This document shows, one piece after another, positions 28,150 to 37,825 of a stretch of DNA of 64,000 nucleotides (position 1 is the stretch's first letter; every line of letters begins with the position of its first letter). Under the pieces are notes generated by a model. The model searched no databases. It had not been told where the DNA came from and was given only the letters and a program-made list of their open reading frames with translations. Origin of the DNA: an uncultured Verrucomicrobiota bacterium. Its GTDB lineage: Bacteria; Verrucomicrobiota; Verrucomicrobiia; CAZIPW01. The translations under genes and the position numbers were made by a program. Location: contig CAZIRU010000004.1 in NCBI GenBank assembly GCA_964541905.1, positions 17,588-81,587 of the forward strand. The letters run 5' to 3'.

Positions 28150-28532
28150 AAGCACTTATTCCCCTGTTTCTTTTATCGGCAAGCGTCCTTTTTGCTGAAG
28201 AGCCTACCCATGTCTATTACCCTGCGGCGCCGGAGAATACCTCGAGCGTCGCCGTGGCTGGGCCTTCGAGCACGGGAACTGCGTTTGTATATATCCTTTT
28301 TTTGGCTGCGATCGCATATGCCGCCTACGTTTTTTGGAAGCGCAAGAAGGGCTTAAGCGGTGTTAAGAATGCCGCGCAAGCTCCGCTTGAGGTGGTAAAT
28401 ACGCGCGCATTGGGGAATCGGCAATTTTTGGTGGTCGTCAAATATCGCGAAAAAGAACTGCTCTTGGGGGTGGGGCAGGGATTTATAACGCGATTGGATC
28501 AAACGCGGGAGGAATTTGTATGCGAGGAGTAG
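28146..28532 (+). CDS. fliO: flagellar biosynthesis protein FliO
   Basis: Small protein with a TM segment followed by LEVVNTRALGNRQFLVVVKYREKELLLGVG, positioned before fliP. Confidence 0.55.
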   Translation: MKALIPLFLLSASVLFAEEPTHVYYPAAPENTSSVAVAGPSSTGTAFVYILFLAAIAYAAYVFWKRKKGLSGVKNAAQAPLEVVNTRALGNRQFLVVVKYREKELLLGVGQGFITRLDQTREEFVCEE

Positions 28533-29287
28533 TCCTATCTCTTGGGTTATTTTTTGCTTCGGCAATCTGTTTTGGCGCCGATGTGGCTCCGGCCGTTCCC
28601 TCTGCAATGGCAGCGGCCCCTGTGGCTCTCAACATTAGCCTCAATGGTGCGGCCGACCCCACAGACATTTCATTGCCGTTGCAGCTAATGCTGCTGATGA
28701 CCCTTTTGACGTTGGCTCCGTCACTGGTAGTCATGTGCACTTCTTTTACGCGCATTATCATCGTTTTGGGGTTCATACGCGGAGCGGTGGGTGTTCAGCA
28801 GGCTCCTGGAAATCAGATTATCACGGGGTTGGCGATTTTTCTGACGTGTTTCATCATGGCTCCCACTTGGAATAGTATTTATCAAAACGCCATTACGCCC
28901 TATTCTGAAAAGCAGATTACGTCCAAGGAAGCTTTTTCGCGCGGCTGCGAGGATCTCAAGGGGTTCATGCTCAAACAAACCCGCAGCTCCGATATCGAGT
29001 TTTTTCTCAAGATTTCGCGTAGTGGTCCGACAAAAGTGGAGGAGCTTCCAATGCACATCGTGATGCCGTCGTTTATCATGAGTGAGCTGCGAACGGCTTT
29101 TCAGATGGGCTTTTTGATCTACATTCCCTTCATCATTGTCGATTTCATTATCGGCTGCTCGCTTATGTCGATGGGTATGATGATGATGCCTCCGGCGGTT
29201 ATCGCAACCCCCTTTAAAATTCTTTTGTTTGTCTTGGTTGACGGATGGACTCTTATCGTCCAGTCGCTAGTGCAGAGCTTCAAATAA
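28520..29287 (+). CDS. fliP: flagellar export apparatus protein FliP
   Basis: LTLAPSLVVMCTSFTRIIIVLGFIRGAVG and FIIVDFIIGCSLMSMGMMMMPP. Confidence 0.95.
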   Translation: MRGVVLSLGLFFASAICFGADVAPAVPSAMAAAPVALNISLNGAADPTDISLPLQLMLLMTLLTLAPSLVVMCTSFTRIIIVLGFIRGAVGVQQAPGNQIITGLAIFLTCFIMAPTWNSIYQNAITPYSEKQITSKEAFSRGCEDLKGFMLKQTRSSDIEFFLKISRSGPTKVEELPMHIVMPSFIMSELRTAFQMGFLIYIPFIIVDFIIGCSLMSMGMMMMPPAVIATPFKILLFVLVDGWTLIVQSLVQSFK

Positions 29288-29556
29288 TGAACATAGAACA
29301 GATAGTTGAGATTTTGCGAACTTCCGTGATGGTGAGTATGACGCTTATGTCGCCCATTTTGATTACGGCCATGGTTGTAGGCGTTTTGGTTTCGATTTTG
29401 CAGACCATCACGAGTATTCAGGAGCAAACCTTGACTTTTGTTCCCAAGATGATGGGAGTTTCGCTGGTGTTGATCATCGGTTCCCACTGGATGATTCGTA
29501 CCATCGTCGACTATACGGCGTGGGTTTTCCAGAAAATACCCAGCATGGCCTCATGA
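29287..29556 (+). CDS. fliQ: flagellar export apparatus protein FliQ
   Basis: 89-aa two-TM protein with ILQTITSIQEQTLTFVPK. Its start overlaps the fliP stop (TAATG). Confidence 0.9.
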   Translation: MNIEQIVEILRTSVMVSMTLMSPILITAMVVGVLVSILQTITSIQEQTLTFVPKMMGVSLVLIIGSHWMIRTIVDYTAWVFQKIPSMAS

Positions 29557-30323
29557 TTGATGGTTGGGATGTAGATTTCCTCTACCGGGGATTTTTGATT
29601 TCCCTTCGCTTGGGAACTCTTTTGTTTTTTGTGCCGATCTTCAGCGGCAGTAGCGTCCCAATGATGTTCAAGGCGGGGATGATTCTGGTTTTTACAAATC
29701 TGGTGGCGATGATTGTTCCGGAGCGTCCGACCTTTCCTGCCCATGTTGCTGGTCTTTTGGTGGCCGGTCTGCACGAGGTTCTTTTGGGCCTTTTTATGGG
29801 ATTGATTGTAAAAGTGGCTTTTCAGACTGTCGCGATGGGGGGCGAAATCATTTCGATTCAGGGTGGTTTTATGAGAGATGCATCCTTCAACCCCAATACG
29901 CAACTTTCGGGACCCTCTGTGCAACGTCTTTTGGCCCAGACGGCTATTGTCGTTTTTTTAGTCACCGGGATGCATTTAGAAGTGTTTGCTTCCTTTGTGA
30001 AAAGCTTTGATGTGGCGCATTTGGGGACTTGGGTGCCTACGGGCGCGACCGTTTCGGCGCTAATCGCACAAACGGCGCAAATTTTTGTACTGGCGGTACA
30101 AATAGCGGCACCTTTTATCGCCCTTAACTTTGTAGTAAACGCGATCTTTGCCGTTTTAGGCAAAACCGTTCCGCAAATGAATGTATTTATCGTGAGTTTT
30201 TCCATCATGATTGTTGCGGGCTTTTTAGGCCTTATTTTTACTTTAGATGTTATAGTTCAGTATATTATGACGCTTCTTCGAGATTCGGCATTTAATCTGC
30301 TACACCTGCTCGATGTACGCTAG
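29553..30323 (+). CDS. fliR: flagellar export apparatus protein FliR
   Basis: Polytopic membrane protein after fliQ. Its start overlaps the fliQ stop (ATGA). Confidence 0.85.
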   Translation: MIDGWDVDFLYRGFLISLRLGTLLFFVPIFSGSSVPMMFKAGMILVFTNLVAMIVPERPTFPAHVAGLLVAGLHEVLLGLFMGLIVKVAFQTVAMGGEIISIQGGFMRDASFNPNTQLSGPSVQRLLAQTAIVVFLVTGMHLEVFASFVKSFDVAHLGTWVPTGATVSALIAQTAQIFVLAVQIAAPFIALNFVVNAIFAVLGKTVPQMNVFIVSFSIMIVAGFLGLIFTLDVIVQYIMTLLRDSAFNLLHLLDVR

Positions 30324-30380
30324 TCCGAAAGGGGGCAGCCGTGGGCGTTTCCATGGAAGGAACTTTTAAGGGCGGCGCAG

Positions 30381-31493
30381 ATGACAATGGCAGACGCCGA
30401 CAAAGATTCAAAGACGGAGCAGCCGACAGCCAAGCGGCTTGGGGAGGCTTTTGATGAAGGCAATTTTCCCAAAGCTCCCGAAATTGGCGTTGTTTTCATT
30501 CTTGCTGCAAGCTTTGCATATCTTTCGTTGCAAGCGCCGGCGCTGGCGGCTTCCGTTTCCAAGTTCGCAACGTGGCTTTTTGGGCATCTCAACGAATTTG
30601 AGATTACGCCGGATGTGGCGGCCTTTTTGGTCCCCGAGCTTTTTAAGATTGGCGTAAGCATTTTGATTCCTTTTTTGGTGGTCTGTTGCGCGGCGGCAAT
30701 TTTAGCGGGTGGATTGCAGACGGGTTTCCGGATTACGGGAAAGGTCTTGGGCTTCAAACCGGATAAGCTCAATCCGGTGACTGGGCTGCAAAGGCTTTTT
30801 TCTACCGCCAAGTTTGTGGAGATGGGAATCTCGCTGCTGAAGTTTATTGTTGTGACATGGATTCTTTATGGGGTGATTGTGGATATCCGTCATGACCCGA
30901 TTTTTTATACAATGGTTTCGGCGCAGCATATCGTCGAATTTATTTTCAAGACTTTCATGGAGATGCTCTCCAAAATGATTTTGGTTATTGGAGTTATTGC
31001 GGCTCTCAATTTCTCCTATCACAAATGGCAACACATGGAAAATCTCAAGATGACCAAGCAGGAGGTTGAGGATGAAATGAAAAATGCCGAGGGAAATCCG
31101 AAGGTTAAGGGTGCTCGTCGCAAGCGCGCGCGGCAGCTGGCCTATCGCCAGGTGCTCTCCAAGGTTCCGCTCGCGGACGTAGTCGTGACCAACCCCACCC
31201 ACTTTGCCGTCGCGCTTAAATATGAGCGAGGCAAGGACAATGCGCCGGTTGTGCTCGCTAAGGGAAAGGATCTTCTAGCCCAGCGCATCAAGCAAATTGC
31301 CGCCCAAAACGAAGTGCCGATGATCGAAAACCGGCCGGTTGCGCAAGCTCTCTATCGTGAGTCTGTAGTCGGGCGCGCTATCCCCGCTTCGCTCTATCAG
31401 GCGGTCGCGCAGATCTTGGCCTTTGTCTATCGCACTCACCGCTATTATTTCCACCGACTGAAAGCTCGCCGCCTTCTCGAGACCGCCCAATAA
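30381..31493 (+). CDS. flhB: flagellar export switch protein FlhB
   Basis: N-terminus KTEQPTAKRL and autocleavage motif VVTNPTHFAVAL. Confidence 0.95.
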   Translation: MTMADADKDSKTEQPTAKRLGEAFDEGNFPKAPEIGVVFILAASFAYLSLQAPALAASVSKFATWLFGHLNEFEITPDVAAFLVPELFKIGVSILIPFLVVCCAAAILAGGLQTGFRITGKVLGFKPDKLNPVTGLQRLFSTAKFVEMGISLLKFIVVTWILYGVIVDIRHDPIFYTMVSAQHIVEFIFKTFMEMLSKMILVIGVIAALNFSYHKWQHMENLKMTKQEVEDEMKNAEGNPKVKGARRKRARQLAYRQVLSKVPLADVVVTNPTHFAVALKYERGKDNAPVVLAKGKDLLAQRIKQIAAQNEVPMIENRPVAQALYRESVVGRAIPASLYQAVAQILAFVYRTHRYYFHRLKARRLLETAQ

Positions 31494-31496
31494 AAT

Positions 31497-33680
31497 ATGA
31501 CAGCGCCCAAAAGTCCATTAAGTTCATTTCTCAAGCAGAGCGATTTGTTTTTTACGCTCGCGCTCTTCGGCATTGTCATTATTTTGATTTTACCTGTACC
31601 TCCGGCGCTTTTGGACGTTTTGCTGGCTGTTTCAATAGGGCTTTCGTTGATGATCATGATGATCATTATCTATGTCCGAGATCCATCGGAGTTTTCGTCC
31701 TTCCCGACAATGCTTTTGGCGGTGACGCTTTATCGCTTGGGGCTCAATGTGGCCTCAACGCGTCTTATTTTGCTCCAAGGCAATGCCGGACATATCATTA
31801 CGGCCTTTGGCAATTTTGTGGTGGGCGGCAATTTTGTCGTTGGAATCGTCGTCTTTGCGATTCTTGTCATCATTAATTTTATTGTGATCACAAAAGGCGC
31901 GGGGCGCATTGCCGAGGTTTCGGCGCGTTTTACCTTGGATGCCATGCCTGGCAAGCAGATGGCTATTGATGCAGAAATGAACGCGGGACTTATTGATGAA
32001 GTAACGGCGACACGCCGCCGCGAAAAAATACAAAAAGAAGCCGACTTTTATGGCGCGATGGACGGTGCCAGCAAGTTTGTCCGAGGCGATGCCGTTGCGG
32101 GAATTCTCATTACTTTCGTCAATGTCATTGGCGGCATTTGCATCGGCGTGTTCCAAAAAGGAATGGAGCTTTCCGAGGCCGCCTCACGTTATACGCTGCT
32201 TTCGATTGGTGATGGTTTGGTTGCCCAAGTGCCGTCCCTGATCGTTTCTGTGGCGGCAGGTATTCTGGTGACGCGCACCGCCGAAGAGGCAAACTTGGGC
32301 GAACACGTTACGCGGCAGTTGCTTTTTTATCCACGCGCCATTGCGATCGTGGGCGGCATGCTTTTGGTTTTTGGCTTCCTGCCGGGCATGCCCATGTGGG
32401 TGTTTTTCCTTCTTGGAGCGGGGTGTATCTTTCTTTCGTCAAATCTGGAGAAAGCCAAGAAGCAGCACCCCGAACTTGATGAAGATGTATCAGTGGGTGG
32501 GCACCAGAGAGGCAACAAAGGCGCCAAAACAGGCAAGGCCACCGGCGCGGAGGCCTCCAGCTCGGGCACAAGCGCCTTCCAAAGCGACTTTGAAAAGGCG
32601 ATCCATGTGGACGTATTTGCTGTCGAGCTGGGCTATGGATTGTTATCTCTGGCGGACAAGTCCCAAAATGGCGATTTGCTTGAGCGCGTTACCGGAGTCC
32701 GGAAGAACTTTGCTCGAGACGTTGGGTTGGTCTTACCATCAGTGGCCGTCCGCGACAACCTTGAACTTGAGCCCAACGAATATCGTTTTCTCTTGCGCGG
32801 CAAACGCGTAGGTGGGGGAACGCTGGTGCCCCATCGCTATATGGCGATGAATGTGGCCAATCGCGCGGTGACACTTAAGGGCATTCCGGCGGTTGAGCCG
32901 GTTTTCGGGCTGGAGGCGGTTTGGATTGGCGAAGAGGAGAAAGCCTCCGCAGAGATGAATGGCTACACAGTGGTCGATTGCTCTTCGGTGATGATTACGC
33001 ATCTTACGGAAGTCTTTCGCGAGAATGCCGCGCTCATTCTCGAGCGCGAGGACACCCAAAAGCTCATCGACTTTGTCAAGGGCAAGAACCCGACGCTTGT
33101 TAGCGAGCTGCTCCCCGATCTTGTCAATGTCGGTATTATCCAGCGTGTTTTGCAAAATCTACTGCGCGAGCGGTTGCCAATCAAAAATATCACTCTAATT
33201 CTCGAAACAATCGCAGACATGGCTTCTTTCACAAAGAATCCCGACGAGCTTGCCGAGCAGGCGCGCAAACGATTGGGCGTTTATTTCATCCCGAGTTATG
33301 AGGCGGAGGCCGGATTGGTCAAGGCGGTTACCTTGGATCCCCGTTTAGAGCAGCACCTTATTTCACGCATTCGTCGGACCCAGTTTGATGTGGGACTTAT
33401 GATGGATCCTAATCTTACCCAGCGGCTTTTGACTGAACTGAACCCGCTTGTTTCGCAAATTTCCACCAGCGGACTTATGCCGATTGTTGTTACTTCCGCC
33501 GAGCTGCGGCTGCCTTTCAAGCGTTTCTTCGAGCCGAGCTTGCCTCGCATGAATGTTATTTCCTATCAGGAGCTTCCCGCTTCCACGCAAGTGCAAAGCC
33601 TGGCTATTCTTCAGGCTCCCGAAAATCTTTTGGGCGAAAACACGCCTTCCAATACAAACACCAACACCGTACCGGTCTAA
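31497..33680 (+). CDS. flhA: flagellar export gate protein FlhA
   Basis: FGNFVVGGNFVVGIVVFAILVIINFIVITKGAGRIAEVSARFTLDAMPGKQMAIDA and FVRGDAVAGILIT. 727 aa. Confidence 0.95.
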   Translation: MTAPKSPLSSFLKQSDLFFTLALFGIVIILILPVPPALLDVLLAVSIGLSLMIMMIIIYVRDPSEFSSFPTMLLAVTLYRLGLNVASTRLILLQGNAGHIITAFGNFVVGGNFVVGIVVFAILVIINFIVITKGAGRIAEVSARFTLDAMPGKQMAIDAEMNAGLIDEVTATRRREKIQKEADFYGAMDGASKFVRGDAVAGILITFVNVIGGICIGVFQKGMELSEAASRYTLLSIGDGLVAQVPSLIVSVAAGILVTRTAEEANLGEHVTRQLLFYPRAIAIVGGMLLVFGFLPGMPMWVFFLLGAGCIFLSSNLEKAKKQHPELDEDVSVGGHQRGNKGAKTGKATGAEASSSGTSAFQSDFEKAIHVDVFAVELGYGLLSLADKSQNGDLLERVTGVRKNFARDVGLVLPSVAVRDNLELEPNEYRFLLRGKRVGGGTLVPHRYMAMNVANRAVTLKGIPAVEPVFGLEAVWIGEEEKASAEMNGYTVVDCSSVMITHLTEVFRENAALILEREDTQKLIDFVKGKNPTLVSELLPDLVNVGIIQRVLQNLLRERLPIKNITLILETIADMASFTKNPDELAEQARKRLGVYFIPSYEAEAGLVKAVTLDPRLEQHLISRIRRTQFDVGLMMDPNLTQRLLTELNPLVSQISTSGLMPIVVTSAELRLPFKRFFEPSLPRMNVISYQELPASTQVQSLAILQAPENLLGENTPSNTNTNTVPV

Positions 33681-33686
33681 AAATTT

Positions 33687-34748
33687 ATGGCAACACCCAT
33701 CCAGAAAGGGCAAAAAATCAAATTCGTCGTCTCCTCTGCCGAGGAGGCCGTCAATCTCATTCGTCAGGAAATGGGACCTTCCGCAAAGGTCCTCTCCGTG
33801 CGCCAAGTGGAAGGCAAGGGACTGGCGCGCTTCTTGACTGCGCCCAAGCTCGAAATTGTCGCCACCTTGCCGGATGAAAAGCCGGACGTCCCAGCACCTA
33901 ACCAGGCCCCCGCTCCTGAATTTTCCGCCGAAGAAAAGAGCCTTTTGGAAGCGCCGGCGCCAGCCAGTCATCCTGCTGGCAAGGTGCGGGAGACTTCGGA
34001 GGAAGCTCAACCCAAACTTGAGGCGCTTTTGCGTTCGGCAGGTTTTGAAAACTCGCTTATTCGTCGTTTTGAGGCCTCGACCGACTGGACGAAGCTGCAG
34101 CGCGTTCCGGTCAAGACGGCGCTCAACGATCTCGCGCGTCGCCTGCTCATGGACTATGGAAATGTGAAGGTTCCTGCAACAACCCGTGCTTTAGCTTTTA
34201 TGGGACCTTCGGGCGTTGGCAAGACGACGGCGCTTTGCAAGCAATTAGCACACGAAGTCTTCTTTGAGCGCCGCAGCGTTCAGGTTTATAAGCTCGACGG
34301 TGGAGCCCCCAATGCGGATACAGCCTTGGCGCTTTACTGCGAGGTGATGGGGGTTCCCCTTATTCGCGATGCCAAACTTATCGACCCAACTGCGGCGTTG
34401 TTGGTTGATACCTCCGGCATATCTCTGGGCGAACCCGAGGAAGCACTTGCGTTGCGTCGCCAACTTGATGCGTTGGGTGTGCAAACGCGCGTCTGGGTGA
34501 TCAACGCCGCTTACGATAACTCGATGATCGACCGCAGCTTTGCAGTAGCCGAGGAAATTGCCGCTACGCACAGCGTATATACCCATTTGGATGAGATTCG
34601 TTCCAGCTCGCGCTTGTGGCAGTTTGTCCTTTCTGGACGTATGCCTCCTCTTTTCGGGAGCATTGGGCCGGGAATCGCTCATGATAGGGCTGCAGATATT
34701 AGCTCGATTCTCCTGCAAAAGACTTTTCCGGAGTACTTACTCAAGTAA
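33687..34748 (+). CDS. flhF: flagellar SRP-type GTPase FlhF
   Basis: G1 motif GPSGVGKTTALCKQLA, G3-like motif LLVDTSG, and YTHLDE. Confidence 0.8.
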   Translation: MATPIQKGQKIKFVVSSAEEAVNLIRQEMGPSAKVLSVRQVEGKGLARFLTAPKLEIVATLPDEKPDVPAPNQAPAPEFSAEEKSLLEAPAPASHPAGKVRETSEEAQPKLEALLRSAGFENSLIRRFEASTDWTKLQRVPVKTALNDLARRLLMDYGNVKVPATTRALAFMGPSGVGKTTALCKQLAHEVFFERRSVQVYKLDGGAPNADTALALYCEVMGVPLIRDAKLIDPTAALLVDTSGISLGEPEEALALRRQLDALGVQTRVWVINAAYDNSMIDRSFAVAEEIAATHSVYTHLDEIRSSSRLWQFVLSGRMPPLFGSIGPGIAHDRAADISSILLQKTFPEYLLK

Positions 34749-34782
34749 TTGTAAAAAAACTTAATAAAAAACCGTTTGAGAG

Positions 34783-35079
34783 ATGGGGGATGCCTTGAAA
34801 CAACACTTACTATTACTGGGGGGATTTGCTGGCTTTGCGCTTGTCTTTGCCACAGGTATTGCCGTTGGCAAAGAAATTGAGACCGTACTCTTCGAATCGG
34901 CGATAGGGTGTGTGGTTGGCGGGGTGCTCTTTAAGTGGATTTCTGGGCTTATAGTCGATTCTTGGACTATATCGCGGCGCCGTGCGGCAGAAGCACTTGC
35001 GGCGCCCACCGCGCCTATGCCAGCTCCTGCTCAACCGTCTTTGCGACGCACGCCGCCTGCGGGAGGGGGTAAAACATGA
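34783..35079 (+). CDS. small two-TM membrane protein with a Pro/Ala-rich tail (unknown function)
   Basis: 98-aa ORF with two hydrophobic segments. Its stop overlaps the fliA start (ATGA). It occupies the slot where flhG usually lies. Confidence 0.45.
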   Translation: MGDALKQHLLLLGGFAGFALVFATGIAVGKEIETVLFESAIGCVVGGVLFKWISGLIVDSWTISRRRAAEALAAPTAPMPAPAQPSLRRTPPAGGGKT

Positions 35080-35888
35080 GCCAGATGCATCTTCCCAGCA
35101 ATTCCAAAACGGTTTGGAGGGCTTACAGCCGCATCCGCGAGGTTGCGGGTGAACCCATTAACTGGGAGCTCATTGAGCAGTATCTACCTTTGGTAAAAGG
35201 GATTGTTTCGCGCATGGGTATTTACTTCAACTCCCATATCGACATGGAGGATATTTATAGCGTAGGCGTGACGGGTCTTATTTCGGCGGCACAGCGTTTC
35301 GATCCCGAGAAAAGCAAGTCCTTCTCGGGCTATGCGGCCATGCGCATCCGTGGCGCTATCCTTGACGAGCTGCGCCGCATCGACTGGATGCCGCGGACAG
35401 TTCGGGCGAGCGCAAAAAAGCTCCGCAAGGCCATAGAAGAGCTTGAGCACGCGCTCCAGAGGCCTGCCACCGAAGGAGAAATCCGAGAGTCTTTGGGCCT
35501 TAGTGAGGCCGAGTATGCCAAGCTGCTCGATCAGGTGCGGCCGCTGAGTTTTGTCGCGATGGACGAGATAAACGCCAAGGCGGGCGCGGAAGGAAACGTT
35601 TCGATGCATGAGCGTATTAGCGATGCCAACGAAATGAACGCCCGCGAGCAAACTGAAAGCCGCGAAGTAGTCGACTTGGTCCGTGCGAGGATAGACAAGC
35701 TTCCAGATTTGCAAAAGAAGGTACTGTCTCATTACTATTTTGAAGGTCTGCGCCTCTCGGAAATCGCTGCCATTTTCAATCTCAGCGAGGCGCGCATCTG
35801 CCAGATTCATACCCAAACGGTTCTGTCGTTGCGCGCATATTTAGATTCCGTTCACAATCGCCGCGAAAAGGAAGGAGGCAGGGCCTAG
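35076..35888 (+). CDS. fliA: flagellar RNA polymerase sigma factor FliA (sigma-28)
   Basis: Region 2 (FSGYAAMRIRGAILDELRRIDW) and region 4 (LSEIAAIFNLSEARICQIHTQ). 270 aa, positioned after flhF. Confidence 0.85.
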   Translation: MSQMHLPSNSKTVWRAYSRIREVAGEPINWELIEQYLPLVKGIVSRMGIYFNSHIDMEDIYSVGVTGLISAAQRFDPEKSKSFSGYAAMRIRGAILDELRRIDWMPRTVRASAKKLRKAIEELEHALQRPATEGEIRESLGLSEAEYAKLLDQVRPLSFVAMDEINAKAGAEGNVSMHERISDANEMNAREQTESREVVDLVRARIDKLPDLQKKVLSHYYFEGLRLSEIAAIFNLSEARICQIHTQTVLSLRAYLDSVHNRREKEGGRA

Positions 35889-35891
35889 TCT

Positions 35892-36767
35892 ATGATGGTT
35901 ATACTTGGATATGTGATCGTTTTGGGTGCCGTGCTGGGTAGCTTTGTGATGGCTGGCGGCAACCCTGTTTTGCTATGGCAGCCAGCTGAAATCGTTGCGA
36001 TTTGCGGTGTTGCTTTGGGGTCAGTCGTGGTGGCCGCACCCACCGAGGTGATGAAAAACCTGCTCAACGACGTTAAAAATTCCTTTACCTCCAAGGGCCT
36101 GACAAAAGGGGAGGTCACAGACTTGTTCAAGTTGCTTTACGAGATATTTGTCCTCGGTCGTCGCAGCGGTTTGATTGCCCTTGATGAGCACGTTTCCGAT
36201 CCGGAACACAGCACTATTCTTCAAAAATATCCTTCTTTCTTGCACCACAAGGATCGAGTTGAGTTTCTCACCAGCGCCTTACGTCCCGCGATTGATGGTA
36301 AGGTCAAACCCGACCAGCTCAAAATGCTTTTGGAAACCGAAATCGAAGCTAAAGAAGAAGAGGCTGGCCAATCAGTCATGCTTTTGGGGATGGTGGGCGA
36401 TTCACTCCCGGGCATTGGTATCGTTGCAGCCGTTTTGGGTATTATCAATACAATGGCGTCCATTGCCGATGGACCCGAAAAAGTCGGAGAACATGTGGCA
36501 GCCGCGCTTACGGGGACGCTATTGGGCGTGCTTTTGGCCTATGGCATCATCAATCCTTTGGCCAAGCGCATTACTTTCAATCATGCCGGTCATTTCGTCT
36601 ATTTCCAATCTATGAGTCGCGCGATTGGAGGTTTTACAACCGGTCTTTCGCCGATTATGGCTATTGAAATTGCCCGAAGAGGTCTCGACCAATCGTTGCA
36701 ACCGGGTGCCGACGAACTCGAACAGATGCTCAAGGCCGCAGCCATGGCCAAGGCCCCAACATCCTAA
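35892..36767 (+). CDS. motA: flagellar stator protein MotA
   Basis: Four TM segments with GMVGDSLPGIGIVAAVLGIINTM and ALTGTLLGVLLAY. Confidence 0.9.
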   Translation: MMVILGYVIVLGAVLGSFVMAGGNPVLLWQPAEIVAICGVALGSVVVAAPTEVMKNLLNDVKNSFTSKGLTKGEVTDLFKLLYEIFVLGRRSGLIALDEHVSDPEHSTILQKYPSFLHHKDRVEFLTSALRPAIDGKVKPDQLKMLLETEIEAKEEEAGQSVMLLGMVGDSLPGIGIVAAVLGIINTMASIADGPEKVGEHVAAALTGTLLGVLLAYGIINPLAKRITFNHAGHFVYFQSMSRAIGGFTTGLSPIMAIEIARRGLDQSLQPGADELEQMLKAAAMAKAPTS

Positions 36768-36772
36768 TCGCT

Positions 36773-37516
36773 ATGGGGAAGAAAAAACATGCAGAAGCGC
36801 ATGGAGGAGCATGGAAGGTGGCTTTCGCCGACTTCATGACGGCGATGATGGCGCTTTTCTTAGTGCTTTGGATCTCGGCCCAGCAAAAAGAAATTTTAAT
36901 TGCGACTTCAAAGTATTTTCAAAACCCATTTACCTCACCGATGCCTTCTTCATCCGGCGTAATGGACCAAAAGAACGAAACCATTCGCTCGGAAAGCGGC
37001 AGACCCACACAATTGTTTACGCCCGAGATGTATGCGCAACTGGCCCGTGAGTTTCTCAAGATGCTTCAAGCTCCGGATAAAAAGGGCTCTTCGCAGCCTA
37101 TCGAAATCAAAGTCGTCTCAGATGGCATTCTTATCACTCTTTTCAATCGGGAGAATCAGCCACTTTTCGATACGGGGACGGCCAGGCTTACAGATTGGGG
37201 AAACTATGTCAGCCAGAATTTGGCATGGGTCGTCGATCGTTTTCACATGAGGTTGCGCATAGCTGCCTATGCACCCGTTGGCGCTAAGCGTTTGGATGGT
37301 GGCGCGGGCGACCTGTGGGATCTAACCTCCGACCAAGCGAACGTCATTCGGCATGAGTTGGTCCACTATGGCTTGGATGCTTCCAAGGTTGACCACATTA
37401 GTGGTTTTGGAGATACTAATCCCAAGGTCGGACTTGCACCAGAGGCCATCGATAACTATCGTGTGGAGATGGTGCTTTCGGCCACTTCCGATACCCCCAC
37501 ATTCAATCAAAAATGA
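36773..37516 (+). CDS. motB: flagellar stator protein MotB
   Basis: WKVAFADFMTAMMALFLVLW carries the conserved Asp. An OmpA-like C-terminal part follows. Confidence 0.85.
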   Translation: MGKKKHAEAHGGAWKVAFADFMTAMMALFLVLWISAQQKEILIATSKYFQNPFTSPMPSSSGVMDQKNETIRSESGRPTQLFTPEMYAQLAREFLKMLQAPDKKGSSQPIEIKVVSDGILITLFNRENQPLFDTGTARLTDWGNYVSQNLAWVVDRFHMRLRIAAYAPVGAKRLDGGAGDLWDLTSDQANVIRHELVHYGLDASKVDHISGFGDTNPKVGLAPEAIDNYRVEMVLSATSDTPTFNQK

Positions 37517-37520
37517 TTTT

Positions 37521-37742
37521 ATGGAAAACTTTCTAAAAGGTAGAAAAAAGCTGCTTTCGCGAGGCGGACAGCCGAGCGGGACTTTTGCCTCCGAGGAAAA
37601 CGCCCATTTTCAAAAAGTGGAGGTCATCAGCAACGAACCTGGTAAGCCGAAGGTCGAGTTGACTACCGAGCAGGGTGTTATTAGCTCAATTATAGTCACT
37701 TGCAAATGCGGCGAAAGAATTGAGCTCAAGTGTGGCTATTAG
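37521..37742 (+). CDS. small hypothetical protein (73 aa, C-terminal CxC-x8-C)
   Basis: The ATG lies 4 nt after the motB stop and is preceded by an A/T-rich junction like the other genes here. No recognisable motif. Confidence 0.35.
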   Translation: MENFLKGRKKLLSRGGQPSGTFASEENAHFQKVEVISNEPGKPKVELTTEQGVISSIIVTCKCGERIELKCGY

Positions 37743-37798
37743 GTTTTTTCTGCTCTATTATCGAAGCGTGAAGGCAAGTTATCCCTCGTTTTTCGTTC

Positions 37799-37814
37799 TG
37801 GCATCCTATTTGCT
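37799..37814 (+). promoter_or_regulatory. sigma-54 (-24/-12) promoter match upstream of flgF
   Basis: TGGCATCCTATTTGCT has exact GG-N10-GC spacing and TTGCT at -12. The site is intergenic. The C of GC is 13 nt from the flgF ATG. Confidence 0.65.
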
Positions 37815-37825
37815 ACGGAAGGAGC

